This document shows, in pieces, positions 51,458 to 62,045 of a DNA stretch of 64,000 nt. Origin of the DNA: an uncultured Gammaproteobacteria bacterium (GTDB lineage: Bacteria > Patescibacteriota > Microgenomatia > Levybacterales > UBA12049); assembly GCA_964512695.1 (NCBI GenBank), contig CAZEJU010000004.1:12656-76655 (forward strand), in the 5' to 3' direction. Both the position numbers and the translations under genes were made by a program. Position 1 is the stretch's first letter. The number at the start of each line of letters is the position of its first letter. The notes below the pieces were generated by a model. That model was given only the letters and a program-made list of their open reading frames with translations. It did no database searches and had not been told where the DNA came from.

Positions 51458-52015
51458 TTAAGGTTTGATAAATGTGCTGGCTGATAAAATCAGAATAATA
51501 CCAATAGCATTAAAAATAAATGAGAGTAGTATAAACCTATAGGTTTTCATCCGTGATAGGCCTAATAAACTAACACCTAGTTCATCTGGTAGAGGTGAAG
51601 CCATAACTAAAGCTCCTAAAAGAGGTAACATCCAGTGAAAATATTTCGTATGGAGTAAGGCGTTGAGTTGCTTACCACCTAAAAGTTCATATAAAGGAGT
51701 TAGCTCTTCTAATAATCTATCTTTTACAACCCGGAAGATAATAAAATCGCCTACTACAGAACCTATTCCCGCAATTATTCCCAGCTCAAGTATATGATAT
51801 TTTTCTGCTAAGACAAGTAACATAACCACACCTGTAGGCATAGTAAATGTAGATACAAGAAGTATCCCTACTAAAAACGCGCTGAGATAACCAAACTCAC
51901 CTAAATTTAATAGTAGATTATGAAAGGCTTCAAACCTAGCAAGTAAAAAACCAACGATTAGCGAAAGTAAAAAAATAGTTACGTTTTTATATTTATAATG
52001 TTTCCAGAATTTCAT
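51458..52015 (-). CDS. Hypothetical membrane protein (DedA/VTT-like)
   Basis: Several TMs; SPLPDELG motif. Confidence 0.65.
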   Translation of the reverse strand: MKFWKHYKYKNVTIFLLSLIVGFLLARFEAFHNLLLNLGEFGYLSAFLVGILLVSTFTMPTGVVMLLVLAEKYHILELGIIAGIGSVVGDFIIFRVVKDRLLEELTPLYELLGGKQLNALLHTKYFHWMLPLLGALVMASPLPDELGVSLLGLSRMKTYRFILLSFIFNAIGIILILSASTFIKP

Positions 52016-52086
52016 AACCTTTGTAGTATAACAGAAGTGTATACCTTAGTAGATGATGCGAGTGAATCTTCTATATAACGTTAAAA

Positions 52087-53406
52087 CTATAATGAAAACT
52101 TCTCATAATGGATTTGTGTCTTGGAGATACCTGCACGTATAAGACCACCCCTTAGCCTATCCATCATAGGAATAGGCCCACAAATAAAAACATCCCTCTC
52201 TTTAATATCCTTCACTAAATTCATTACCTTATCTGCGTCAACTCTGCCGAATGAATACCCGTTTTTTTGCTCTTGGCTGAGAAAATAGTATATCGGGAAT
52301 ACATATTGTTTTTGAAGAGCATCAAATTCATTTTTAAAAACAATTTCATCAACTGTTTTATTACTATATATAAGTATAACGCTTATCTTTTCCTTTAATA
52401 ACTGTTCCACAAGAGAACGAATTGGAGTTATACCTATTCCTCCAGCTATTAACACTGCCTTTCTTTTGGTCATAAGGTTTTTCGTAAAAAGCCCGTATGG
52501 CCCATCTATATATATTGCGACGTTTTTTTTAATTGTAGAAATAAGTGAAGTAAAATCACCGACATTTTTTATGGATAAACGTAATGTTTTTACATCTGGA
52601 AGTCTGGATAAAGAAAATGGATGTGTTTGCCACCATATACCTTTTGTTAAAAAACGCACTAACATAAACTGTCCGGGATTTATTTTAAAATTCTCCATAT
52701 TTCTACCTCCTATAATAACTGATGTAACATCTGAAGATTCTTTTACAATATCCAGAACGAAAAATCTATGTTTCATGAAAAAATACCACGGACGAATAAA
52801 TCTAAATATTATGTGACTCCCGAGAACGAAAATATATAAACCATACCAATACCAAACAAATAAATTATTTATGTGAAAGTCTTCACCAAACTTCAGCTGA
52901 TGACCCCATGATAAAAAAACTGCAAGGTAGGTAAACAGATGAACGAAATACCACGTTTCATATTTCAATCTTTTGCGAGCAATTGACAGTGATAAAAAAA
53001 CTATAATAAAAAAAAGATTCACAGCGAAATATGCCTGAGGAACATCTTCATAGTTTGTGAGAAACTGAAGATGTTGGTCGAGAAAACTTATATTCGCTGA
53101 TATTGAATAACCAGCTATCAATAACAAAGGGTGAAGAAGAATAAAAATTATTGCAAGTTTTCCATTTAAAGCATGGATACGAGTAAGTCGATCAAGTCCA
53201 AATGCTCTCTCTATCCACGGAGATCGACCAATAAGAAGGAATTGAAAAAGTACAAAATATACTGCAAGCAACCCAGATAATCTTCCTAACGCCATAAAGG
53301 CTAAAGCTGTTCCTTGGAAAAGAAGTGGTCCCGAACTACTTGCCCAGAAATAAAGAATGGTTAAAAAGTTAAGTACGAAAAATAATAAAACTGCTAATTT
53401 TCTCAT
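52087..53406 (-). CDS. Ferric reductase-like TM domain + FAD/NAD oxidoreductase
   Basis: Heme-His TM helices; HPFSLS, DGPYG, AGGIGITP, ICGP. Confidence 0.88.
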   Translation of the reverse strand: MRKLAVLLFFVLNFLTILYFWASSSGPLLFQGTALAFMALGRLSGLLAVYFVLFQFLLIGRSPWIERAFGLDRLTRIHALNGKLAIIFILLHPLLLIAGYSISANISFLDQHLQFLTNYEDVPQAYFAVNLFFIIVFLSLSIARKRLKYETWYFVHLFTYLAVFLSWGHQLKFGEDFHINNLFVWYWYGLYIFVLGSHIIFRFIRPWYFFMKHRFFVLDIVKESSDVTSVIIGGRNMENFKINPGQFMLVRFLTKGIWWQTHPFSLSRLPDVKTLRLSIKNVGDFTSLISTIKKNVAIYIDGPYGLFTKNLMTKRKAVLIAGGIGITPIRSLVEQLLKEKISVILIYSNKTVDEIVFKNEFDALQKQYVFPIYYFLSQEQKNGYSFGRVDADKVMNLVKDIKERDVFICGPIPMMDRLRGGLIRAGISKTQIHYEKFSL

Positions 53407-53455
53407 GATCAGAATAGGTTAATTATACCTTATTTTGAGGATGTTTAAGAAACTT

Positions 53456-53983
53456 TTACTTTATTAAAATCCAATATCGAAGTTTTGCGGGTTTTCCTTT
53501 GTGAAGTTGTAAACGATTTTCTAGAATACCCCCATTGGCTTCTATAATTTTTTTGGAAGCAATATTCGTCTCATCACATGTTATTAGAACTTTCTCAATA
53601 CCTAACTTTTTTGCCTCTTGTAATGCAAGCTCTAATATCTTCTTCCCATATCCCATCTTCCTTTTACCAGGACGTATATCATAACCGATATGTCCTCCTA
53701 CTTTTAACAAATGCTCCGTCAAAGTATGTCTGATTGAAACTCGACCAATAAATCTCTCATTATCTATAAGCCAAAATGTTGTTTGAGGAACATATCCTTC
53801 TGGCAAATTTTCACCTTTTGATTCGGATAGTAATGTATAAATATAATCAGAAAAATTGTTTTCCAAATATACTCCATCCAGTTCATAAATATCCCGCCTG
53901 TCATTTGATTCCACAGCCTGATATTCTTTTACTGCTTCGATAAAGCTATTCTTATATTGAACCGATGGAAGTATTAATTTCAT
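53456..53983 (-). CDS. GNAT acetyltransferase
   Basis: GGHIGYDIRP..R..GYG, N.ASKKIIE.NGG. Confidence 0.88.
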   Translation of the reverse strand: MKLILPSVQYKNSFIEAVKEYQAVESNDRRDIYELDGVYLENNFSDYIYTLLSESKGENLPEGYVPQTTFWLIDNERFIGRVSIRHTLTEHLLKVGGHIGYDIRPGKRKMGYGKKILELALQEAKKLGIEKVLITCDETNIASKKIIEANGGILENRLQLHKGKPAKLRYWILIK

Positions 53984-54018
53984 AGTGGTTATTATAACAA
54001 ACACAACAGCAACAAATA

Positions 54019-54273
54019 TTACTTACCTATAAATAAAAATCGTGAAACTTTCTTACCGTTTACTTCAACGTCTTCTAAAAACATTGTTAATGGTCTTACC
54101 CATAAGGCATCTGGACCAAATTCCTTACTCGTATATAATGCTTGATACACCACTAACTCTTCATGTGTTTCTGTGTGAACTGCAACACCCAAGACTTTAT
54201 AGTACTTCCCTTTATAATGCTGATACTTCCCTTTTTTAAGCTTAGTATCAGAAGGGAGTTTCGAAGTAGTCAT
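54019..54273 (-). CDS. DUF1653 protein
   Basis: G.YQHYKG, HTET.E..VVYQALY, WVRP..MF. Confidence 0.9.
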   Translation of the reverse strand: MTTSKLPSDTKLKKGKYQHYKGKYYKVLGVAVHTETHEELVVYQALYTSKEFGPDALWVRPLTMFLEDVEVNGKKVSRFLFIGK

Positions 54274-54281
54274 ATATAAAA

Positions 54282-54578
54282 CTAAAAAGGAATATCTGTG
54301 TCTGGAAAAGAGTCTTTTTCTTCTGTAGTAATTACAACAGTTTGTATATTCTCTGTCGTACTCGTGTCTTCAACATCAGTCGAAATTTCAGCTTGAATTT
54401 CAGCAAACTCATTCTCAATCTCACGCAATCTTGACTTGCTTTCTTTAATGAGGATAGCGGCTTCTTTTACTTTTTTTAAACCTTCTTCCACATCGATTTG
54501 CGTTTGCTGATCAAACCAGTCTGCTATTTTATGAAGTTTCTCTAGATTATCCGTAAGGTTAATTTGTGTCTGAGCCAT
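54282..54578 (-). CDS. xseB: Exodeoxyribonuclease VII small subunit
   Basis: Helical xseB pattern directly downstream of xseA. Confidence 0.8.
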   Translation of the reverse strand: MAQTQINLTDNLEKLHKIADWFDQQTQIDVEEGLKKVKEAAILIKESKSRLREIENEFAEIQAEISTDVEDTSTTENIQTVVITTEEKDSFPDTDIPF

Positions 54579-54594
54579 GTTTTTCCACCTTTAC

Positions 54595-55905
54595 TTATTT
54601 AACAAGTGACGAAATAGATCCATCACCTGTAGTGATTATGAGTGTTTCACCAATTGTAACATCTTTTGCACTTTTAACAAGTCGTCCTTCTTGTCCTCGA
54701 ACTAAACTATAACCTAGTGCGAGTTGTCTCATAGGATCGTACACGTTAATTAACCGTTGTTTTGCTTCTAATTGCTCCTTTATGTTCCCTACAGCGAAGG
54801 AAAAAAGACGTTTTATTTTATCTTTGTTTATAGTTTCTAATTCCACATTCTGACTAACTACTGCATCTCCCATATGGCTAAAAATGTGCTGTTCATGTCT
54901 AGCAAGATTCTCAGAAAGAAGGACTAACTCGCGTGCAATTTGTGATACATATTCTGGCATATGCGAGGTAGTATATGAAAAAACATGAAGGATACGATTA
55001 AACTTATCTAACATACCTACCTGCTTTAATTGTATTGTTAAACCGACATCACTTAAAGCTTGTTTATAAGAAGTTACGATTTTTTGATAATCTATTAAGA
55101 CATTTTGACTACCTTTTTCCCAACTACTATTAAGTACGTTTGCAGCTGCAGTCGGAGTAGAAACCATCATATCGGCAGCTAAAGCACAAAGAGGCACATC
55201 TTGATGGTGTCCTATCGCGGCAATAATAGGCATGGGACATGTGGCAACTTCTCTAACTAACTGCTCAGCATCAAATGCCGCTAAAGATTGCAAAGAACCC
55301 CCACCCCGCATAAGTACAATAACTTCTACATCTCTCTTTTTCATAGTACGAAGAGCCCGATATAAGTCAGGAAGTGCATCTTGACCTTCAACTTTTGTAT
55401 TAAGTAAAGTTAACTGAAAACCATGCCGTGAAAGATTATTCATGAAATCATGGATAACAGCTCCTTGCTTTGAAGTAATAATTCCTATCTTCTGGGGGAA
55501 TAATGGTATAGCACGTTTTTTTTCTAAAGCGAATAATCCTTCTTTTGACAAGCGTACTTTTAATGCGTCATACGCTTTTTTTAATGCTCCTTCTCCGACC
55601 AGCTCTACAGAGCTAGCGATAAAACTAAGTCTACCTGAAGGGGCATATATATTTGCTTGTCCTGATGCGATAAGCTCCATTCCTGCTTCGATTTTTATGC
55701 CATACAAACTATAAAGATGTTTCCATAACACACAATCTAAAACAGATCCATCTTCTTTATCTTTTAACGTGAAGTAAACATGCCCGCTTGACCATATTTT
55801 TACTTGTGTTACCTCACCTATAATACTGGCTTCATAAAATTTTAGCTGTTCATTGAGTAACGCTATATAAGACGAAATTGATAATACTGTTTTTTCTTGA
55901 TTCAT
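54595..55905 (-). CDS. xseA: Exodeoxyribonuclease VII large subunit
   Basis: GHVYFTLKD, GAVIHD, RGGGS, STPTAAA. Confidence 0.93.
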   Translation of the reverse strand: MNQEKTVLSISSYIALLNEQLKFYEASIIGEVTQVKIWSSGHVYFTLKDKEDGSVLDCVLWKHLYSLYGIKIEAGMELIASGQANIYAPSGRLSFIASSVELVGEGALKKAYDALKVRLSKEGLFALEKKRAIPLFPQKIGIITSKQGAVIHDFMNNLSRHGFQLTLLNTKVEGQDALPDLYRALRTMKKRDVEVIVLMRGGGSLQSLAAFDAEQLVREVATCPMPIIAAIGHHQDVPLCALAADMMVSTPTAAANVLNSSWEKGSQNVLIDYQKIVTSYKQALSDVGLTIQLKQVGMLDKFNRILHVFSYTTSHMPEYVSQIARELVLLSENLARHEQHIFSHMGDAVVSQNVELETINKDKIKRLFSFAVGNIKEQLEAKQRLINVYDPMRQLALGYSLVRGQEGRLVKSAKDVTIGETLIITTGDGSISSLVK

Positions 55906-56020
55906 ATTTAAAGAAATAAATTTTTTATTTAACAAATTTTGGAGTTTTTAAGGAGAAGTGCTTTCTGATTATATCAGGTAATTTATTTAAAACTAAGTAT
56001 ATATTTTATTACACAAATAC

Positions 56021-56503
56021 CTATATGCTTTGTCGAAGTTCTTCAACCTTTATATGAGCTTCTCGGGGAGTATTTATAAAATTGTTCTCTATATCTTCTA
56101 ATAACCAATCCCGTATTTCTAACGGATAGACTAACATAGTTTTCAAATTCTGAACAGGAAACCATTGTGGTTTGTAGTAATTATTTCCATCCTTCATTTT
56201 TTCTTTTTCTATTGAGTCTCCTAATATAGGCTCACCTGATAAATATGAGCATAAATAAAAAAATTGACTACTTCTCTTTCTAAATGCACTATCGTAATAA
56301 TGAGTGTATAGTTTCTTTTCTATCTTTATTGATAAGGTAGTTTCTTCCATTACTTCCCGTAAAACAGCTTCTTCTATAGACTCTCCCTCTTCAACTCCTC
56401 CACCAGGGAAGACAAAATAATGTCTCCCATTATTTTTTCTTTCCATAAGAAGAACATCGTTACCCTTTATTACTAGTGCAACTGCTCGTTGGGGAAACTG
56501 CAT
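56021..56503 (-). CDS. NUDIX hydrolase
   Basis: PGGGVEEGESIEEAVLREVMEET Nudix box. Confidence 0.92.
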   Translation of the reverse strand: MQFPQRAVALVIKGNDVLLMERKNNGRHYFVFPGGGVEEGESIEEAVLREVMEETTLSIKIEKKLYTHYYDSAFRKRSSQFFYLCSYLSGEPILGDSIEKEKMKDGNNYYKPQWFPVQNLKTMLVYPLEIRDWLLEDIENNFINTPREAHIKVEELRQSI

Positions 56504-56651
56504 ACTAACTATATTGATTATACCACCCTAGCACAGTAGTCCAACCCCAACTAACTTTGCTATTTAACGTACATGGGTGGTATAGAATGTTAACACCTAA
56601 GGATAGCTCAAATAGCTTTTTCATGGGTTACTTGGTAAAATAACCCTACTT

Positions 56652-56722
56652 TGCCAAGTCGTCTAATGGTAGGACAACGGACTCTGAATCCGTTTATTCT
56701 GGTTCGAATCCAGGCTTGGCAG
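56652..56722 (+). tRNA. tRNA-Gln(CTG), no encoded CCA
   Basis: Acceptor TGCCAAG/CTTGGCA, anticodon arm ACGGA-CTCTGAA-TCCGT, GGTTCGAATCC. Confidence 0.95.
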
Positions 56723-56777
56723 CTCAGATATATCAAACTGTATCAGTTCTTTTAAATAACTGATATTCTTATAGTTT

Positions 56778-57467
56778 TTATGATTGTTTGTGAAATTCCC
56801 CAATTTTTGAGATTAATTCGTCAATCTCATAATTTGACGTATTGATGTTGTGTTCTGAAAATGTACGGAGTCCCTCTATAATTTTCTGTACGAGTAAAGC
56901 TTTAGTTTTATTTAAATGTCCGATTTTAATATCGTTTTGTACATAGGTACGTGATACAACTTGGAGCGTTGCAAAGAACATTGATGATTCTATAAAGACA
57001 TTTGAAATATCTTTTATTTCTACACTGTGAGACTGTGATGAGAGAAATTGACTGAATTTAAAAGTGATCCTGCTTTCTTCTACTTCTATTGTATCCGGAA
57101 AAAAACTCCAAGGAAACGAAGAGGAAATGCTAATAATGCGTCTGTTTGATTTCTTTACCAAATCATTTACCATTTGTTTGTCTGCCTCGTTTTTCTCCGC
57201 AGCTGTTCTTGTGTGTGCATCAATTCCTGATTGCATTTGATTTTTGGCTTTTTCTTTAGAATTATTTTCTTTTTCTAATTTTTCAGCAGCATGGGTCTTT
57301 AATTGTTCCTCTTCTCTACGATTGTTATCTATTCTTACTTTCTCTCCCTGAATATGAAGTTTTTCTAGCCAATCGCTTATTTTATTATTTTCAAGATCGT
57401 CGGGTGAATTTTTTGGAATAATTAAAGGGATTCTTGAAAAAATCGTTTTTGATTTGTTGTCTACCAT
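56778..57467 (-). CDS. Hypothetical protein, C-terminal bacterial PH-like domain
   Basis: FPWSFFPDTI..EESRITF..SV.IKDISNV pattern after a charged helix. Confidence 0.65.
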   Translation of the reverse strand: MVDNKSKTIFSRIPLIIPKNSPDDLENNKISDWLEKLHIQGEKVRIDNNRREEEQLKTHAAEKLEKENNSKEKAKNQMQSGIDAHTRTAAEKNEADKQMVNDLVKKSNRRIISISSSFPWSFFPDTIEVEESRITFKFSQFLSSQSHSVEIKDISNVFIESSMFFATLQVVSRTYVQNDIKIGHLNKTKALLVQKIIEGLRTFSEHNINTSNYEIDELISKIGEFHKQS

Positions 57468-57622
57468 TTCAATAGTATAGACTTCTAATAAATGAATTGC
57501 GTAAGTGCGCTCATTTGGACTAACATTTACTTCCCAGCTATAGATTAAGAATAATTTGATCGAAAATAGTCCAAGATAGTATTTAAATACTAAATCATTG
57601 GATGTACATATAGTTACGTTGA

Positions 57623-57655
57623 TAAAAAGTTCCTACACAGTCCAGGATGGCCAGC
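57623..57655 (+). repeat. Direct repeat copy A
   Basis: 27/33 identical to 58888-58920; first 15 nt identical. Confidence 0.65.
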
Positions 57656-57882
57656 TGTGTTTTTAGCCACAAATTAGCTTCAAAATTTCTCGTATTCTTA
57701 CAAACAGGAGTCTGGATTCGAACTTTAGGTATACTGTACCTATGCTTTAGAAAAAGTGAAGTCCTCGAAAAATTTAAAAGAAATTCATAATGTGGATAAT
57801 GACACTGAAGAAAGAGGAATACATGTAGTAATTAGACACAGGGATATGACTACGTGTGACCTTTACCCAGACTTACATTTGA

Positions 57883-58266
57883 CTACTTATGATCAGCCAG
57901 CCATGCAACAGCCTCTGATTCTTCGCTAAAGTATCGTGTAGGCACAAGTATATCTAGCTCGTCTTTTATAAACTGCAAATACTCCTTTGGCATAACCAAT
58001 GCTATCTTGGACTTACCTGCTTTGGCTACGCGTGGGTGATATTCTTTATTTCGAAATTCAATGTTTTCAGATGGAAGCTCAAACCTAAAATTGGTTGTGT
58101 CTACGAGAGTGCGGGTGGCTTTGTATTCAATATTATAGCCCGCAAGATTCATTAATGCATCTTTAAAATCTTGAAAGTCCATATGAGCGGTATTTTCAAG
58201 CCAGCGATTAATCAGAATATTATCGCGTAATTCTATTTCATAGTATTTTGATTTATAAAGTTTCAT
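57883..58266 (-). CDS. Hypothetical protein (SpoIIAA/STAS-like)
   Basis: LVDT..F...K.A.V.P....F....EAVAWL pattern. Confidence 0.65.
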   Translation of the reverse strand: MKLYKSKYYEIELRDNILINRWLENTAHMDFQDFKDALMNLAGYNIEYKATRTLVDTTNFRFELPSENIEFRNKEYHPRVAKAGKSKIALVMPKEYLQFIKDELDILVPTRYFSEESEAVAWLADHK

Positions 58267-58294
58267 AACTTTTCCTTATGGATCTTTTAGTGTA

Positions 58295-58349
58295 TACTTA
58301 TGATAAGTTAGTGCAACTATTTATACAAGTACTAACAAAGTAGTAAGTA
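58295..58349. promoter_or_regulatory. Two imperfect inverted-repeat operators in the HxlR divergent promoter
   Basis: TACTTAT-GATAA-GTTAGTG (58295) and TACTAAC-AAAGTA-GTAAGTA (58330). Confidence 0.45.
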
Positions 58350-58780
58350 TGAAACATAAAATGAGCCAGGAAGAGATATTAAAAATTCTACCCAAACAAG
58401 GAGATTTGTATAATCCACTTTGTCCAACTAGGTCTATTATTGATCATGTTTCAAGTGTGTGGGGTTCGATAATCTTAAAAGTGTTGGCAGAAAATGAAAC
58501 AATGCGTTTCGCAGAATTAAGGCGACAAATTGCAGGTATTTCCGAAAGAATGCTGGCTCAAACACTTCGTCATTTTGAACGAGATGGTCTAGTAACTCGG
58601 AAGAGCTACCCTGTCATACCTCCTAAGGTTGAATATTCGCTAACGCCGTTAGGTCGAGACTGTGCAGAAAAAGTTATTTCTTTTTGCAGTTTCATAGAGG
58701 ATCACATGCTCACTATAGTCAAGAATCAACTAAAGTATGACGAAACACCAAATAAGGCTTCATGGCAAAAACTGTCATAA
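58349..58780 (+). CDS. HxlR-family wHTH regulator
   Basis: CP, RFAELRR.I.GISERML.QTLR..E.DGLV.R..YP..PPKVEYSLT. Confidence 0.93.
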   Translation: MKHKMSQEEILKILPKQGDLYNPLCPTRSIIDHVSSVWGSIILKVLAENETMRFAELRRQIAGISERMLAQTLRHFERDGLVTRKSYPVIPPKVEYSLTPLGRDCAEKVISFCSFIEDHMLTIVKNQLKYDETPNKASWQKLS

Positions 58781-58887
58781 GCAAAAAGGGTTTAGATAAA
58801 CTATCTATCAGAAATTGTCTTTTAAAATGTTAATCTCTCTAATAGTTTGTAATATTACTCTATAAGCTCGTATAAAGTTGATTACTG

Positions 58888-58920
58888 TAAAAAGTTCCTA
58901 CATAGTCAACCAGTGCCAGC
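58888..58920 (+). repeat. Direct repeat copy B
   Basis: TAAAAAGTTCCTACATAGTC..GCCAGC; see copy A. Confidence 0.65.
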
Positions 58921-59026
58921 CAATCACCAGATTTTGCCCGTGCTGATTTGTTTCAAGTCTTTCTGATTGTCGTTTTCCAAGAAAAAGAGGTTGTATGGGG
59001 TGTAAATAGTATATAATAGCCTTTAC

Positions 59027-59683
59027 ATGAAAATTTCCGCATCAGATCTCTGTAAGCAATTACTAGATAAGGAAAAAATACTTAATTCCGAGGGTAAGAT
59101 ATTATTTACCTTAAATGGGCTTTCTACTTTAGTGAATGATAAAAATATTATCGGAAACGTTCTCCAGGATTGGCTTGCTGAGTGGATGATAAAAAATGAG
59201 ATAGAGTTTGTTAAACCACCAAATAGTCAGGAATTTCCCGATTTCTACTTAGATCCTTCGAACCCAGAAGCTAACCTACTAGAAATAAAAGCTTTTGATA
59301 TAAATGCCGGGGCAAATTTTGATATTGCAAATTTTGAAGCATATTGTAGCTCTCTAATAACCAAAAGATATAGATTAGACGCAAATTACCTAATATTTGG
59401 TTACGAGTTAATTGATGGAAAACTTATTATCAAAAATCTTTGGTTGAAAAAGATATGGGAGATATCTGGTCCCAGTGAAGCTTATCCTGTTAGGGTTCAA
59501 CAGAAAAGAGGCATGATATACAATTTGAGGCCAATTAATTGGTTTTCAGAAGGTAGGATAACTTATAAGGGGTTTGGATCAAAAGAAGAGTTTTTAACTG
59601 CACTACATAAAACGCTGCTCATGTATGTAAAGACTTCAGAACAATCTATCGAATGGCTAAAGCAGGTATCAGAAAAAGTTTAA
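59027..59683 (+). CDS. Type II restriction endonuclease, NgoBV/NlaIV-like
   Basis: GN.LQ.W, QEFPDF.L, LLEIKAF...FDIANF, YLIFGY, WLKKIWEI. Confidence 0.8.
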   Translation: MKISASDLCKQLLDKEKILNSEGKILFTLNGLSTLVNDKNIIGNVLQDWLAEWMIKNEIEFVKPPNSQEFPDFYLDPSNPEANLLEIKAFDINAGANFDIANFEAYCSSLITKRYRLDANYLIFGYELIDGKLIIKNLWLKKIWEISGPSEAYPVRVQQKRGMIYNLRPINWFSEGRITYKGFGSKEEFLTALHKTLLMYVKTSEQSIEWLKQVSEKV

Positions 59684-60993
59684 CTCATTGATGTAATCAA
59701 TCTATCGGCTACTGCTTCTACGACTTTTACAGTAATAGTATTCCCGAGTAAATCAAACCCGTCTTTCACAGGTATATCCATCTTAAAATCTTCTGGAAAT
59801 CCAAATAGCCTTAATCCTTCTCGTAAAGTAAGCTTTCTTATTCCGTCTCCATCAGGCACTACGAGTCTTTCAACATCTGTGGCTACTAATGTAGGCGCGA
59901 GACCATTAGGATCAAGTATTTTATTAATCTCGTAACTTAATTTTCCTGTCACAATATTATACCCTTTCTCAATTTTAGTATTTTCTTTTCGGCTTGAAAT
60001 CTCATTCCCATATATGTCTGTTTCCATAACCATATCTTTAGGATGTTCAAATTTCAAATACCCCTTTGAAACCAAGTCATCTAAGTGTTTTTTTAGATCT
60101 TTGATATCAAATACAGATTTTATCTCATCATAGGTTAAAGGCATCCCATCCATCCACTTTATCCCTTTCTTTTTTGCCCAATGCTTCTTTCTTCTTTCTC
60201 GAAGTAAGAAGTCAAGTATCTGTATTTGTTCTTTATTTACCGGACCTCTTAACTCAAGATCCCAACCATGAATGTTATTTTCCCCGCCACGTTTGTCTTT
60301 GATAGATTTTCCGTATAATTCACGTACCTTATATTTTTTTAATAACGTCTTAACGAAAGGTGTATGGAGAGTTTCTAGTCCCTTCTCTAAAATTTCACCT
60401 AAATGGGTTTCTTTTTTATCGATAAACTCTAAAGGAATTAGAGTATCTTTTGTGCCAACAATATAAACTCTTTTTCTACTTTGGGGAACTCCAAAATACT
60501 GCGAATCAAGAAGTGCCCAGCTCGTTTTATATCCTAAAGCTTCTAATCGGTCAATTATAGTCTCCAGAGTTCTTCCAATTAATTTATTTTTATCAACCCT
60601 ATCATGCTTTACCAAACCCTCAACGTTTTCTAGTAAGAAGCCGTACGGTTTTTTATCTTTCAGAATTCTCTCTATTTCAAAAAAAAGTGTCCCTCGCGTA
60701 TCGAGAAATCCTTTCCTAGACCCTGCAGAGCTAAATGGTTGACATGGAAATCCAGCTAATAAAAAGTCAAAATCAGGTATTTCTGAGGAGGCTATCTTTG
60801 TAATATCACCGGATACTTTTTCTTTTGGAAAATTTTGTTTTAGCACCTTAATTGCATGATCTTTAATCTCTGATATGAAGACACATTCAATATCTAATCC
60901 GTGCTTTTTTGTAGCTTGTTCAAACCCTATGCGTGTCCCGCCAATACCTGCAAAAAGATCAATAATTTTTATAGTTTTCTTCTTGTTGATCAT
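59680..60993 (-). CDS. DNA (cytosine-5) methyltransferase, cognate of the REase
   Basis: DLFAGIGG, AGFPCQPFS, ENV, QSRKRV, GN motifs; convergent 4-nt overlap. Confidence 0.95.
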   Translation of the reverse strand: MINKKKTIKIIDLFAGIGGTRIGFEQATKKHGLDIECVFISEIKDHAIKVLKQNFPKEKVSGDITKIASSEIPDFDFLLAGFPCQPFSSAGSRKGFLDTRGTLFFEIERILKDKKPYGFLLENVEGLVKHDRVDKNKLIGRTLETIIDRLEALGYKTSWALLDSQYFGVPQSRKRVYIVGTKDTLIPLEFIDKKETHLGEILEKGLETLHTPFVKTLLKKYKVRELYGKSIKDKRGGENNIHGWDLELRGPVNKEQIQILDFLLRERRKKHWAKKKGIKWMDGMPLTYDEIKSVFDIKDLKKHLDDLVSKGYLKFEHPKDMVMETDIYGNEISSRKENTKIEKGYNIVTGKLSYEINKILDPNGLAPTLVATDVERLVVPDGDGIRKLTLREGLRLFGFPEDFKMDIPVKDGFDLLGNTITVKVVEAVADRLITSMS

Positions 60994-61265
60994 TGAGTAA
61001 TTATATCAGTTTATTCTTAATGGTTTCAGAGTCTATTGTAGGTTTAAATGAATAAATTGCTTATTGAAAAGTGGTTACTAGGTTTTTGATACTCGAAGTC
61101 ATATCTATAGTGAGACGTAGATAGTAAAAAAAGTCTTCAAATGAAGGTTGTATTTATTTCTATATTCATAGGTTGCTTTACAATCTCTCTCTTTACAGGG
61201 TAGTCTAAGTAATACTAATTCGTGATATAGAACTATTTCATCCCATTTAGCGGTTCGAATATCGT

Positions 61266-62045
61266 CTATGTCCGCCAGCATGTAAGGATTTTATAAAGCT
61301 TGACCCATTGTTCTAAGCTTACAAAGCTAGGCTTTACATCACGATTCAAATTAATAGTTCTCATAGCTTGAAGTACATTGTGCTTTCCATACTGTTTCTT
61401 TAGATTATCCTTTAGACGCTGTCCATATCCAAAACCAATCTCTACAAAACGCTGATATTTTGCAATATCGTTCCAAATTAATAGAGGTTCTTTTCTCTTT
61501 CTAAAATTTAACATTACAGCATCCACACTCGGTACGGGTTCGAAGTCTGTTCGTCTGAACAGATGGTACATTGAAAACTCGAACCATGGTTTATGCATAA
61601 TAGAGAACATATTTTCTTTATATGGAGCTGCTAACCTGTACGCTAACTCTTTCATCATTACTAGATAACAATCCTCAGGAGGATTTTTAGCATCAATAAG
61701 CTTTCTAATAATCTTTCCTTCAATGGAAAATGGAATATTCGCAAAGACTTTATATGGTGCAGAAGGCAATGTATATTCAAGAAAGTCTTTCTGATACAGC
61801 GTGAAATTGTTCTTACTACTGAATTTTTGCTGGAGGTATTTGTACCAATATGTATCAAGCTCAACTGCGATTACATGCTGCGCTTGCTGTACAAGACGCT
61901 CAGTAATGATACCTTTGCCAGGTCCAATTTCTAAAACGAGATCATTTGTACCAATAGAGGAACGTCCAAGAAGTTTAGCAACTAACTTCCGGTTATGAAG
62001 AAAGTTTTGAGATAGGAGCTTGCGACGTAGATTGTACACGTCCAA
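61266..62045 (-). CDS. Erm/KsgA-family rRNA adenine N6-methyltransferase (Erm-like)
   Basis: SQNFL, LEIGPGKG, VFANIPF, F.P.PSVD; TTG start with SD GGAGGTG. Confidence 0.8.
   Translation of the reverse strand: MDVYNLRRKLLSQNFLHNRKLVAKLLGRSSIGTNDLVLEIGPGKGIITERLVQQAQHVIAVELDTYWYKYLQQKFSSKNNFTLYQKDFLEYTLPSAPYKVFANIPFSIEGKIIRKLIDAKNPPEDCYLVMMKELAYRLAAPYKENMFSIMHKPWFEFSMYHLFRRTDFEPVPSVDAVMLNFRKRKEPLLIWNDIAKYQRFVEIGFGYGQRLKDNLKKQYGKHNVLQAMRTINLNRDVKPSFVSLEQWVKLYKILTCWRT

Noticed and set aside
57712-57723. attR copy of the tRNA-Gln 3' end
   Set aside because: Only a 12-nt match and inverted, with no integrase, so island boundaries cannot be called.
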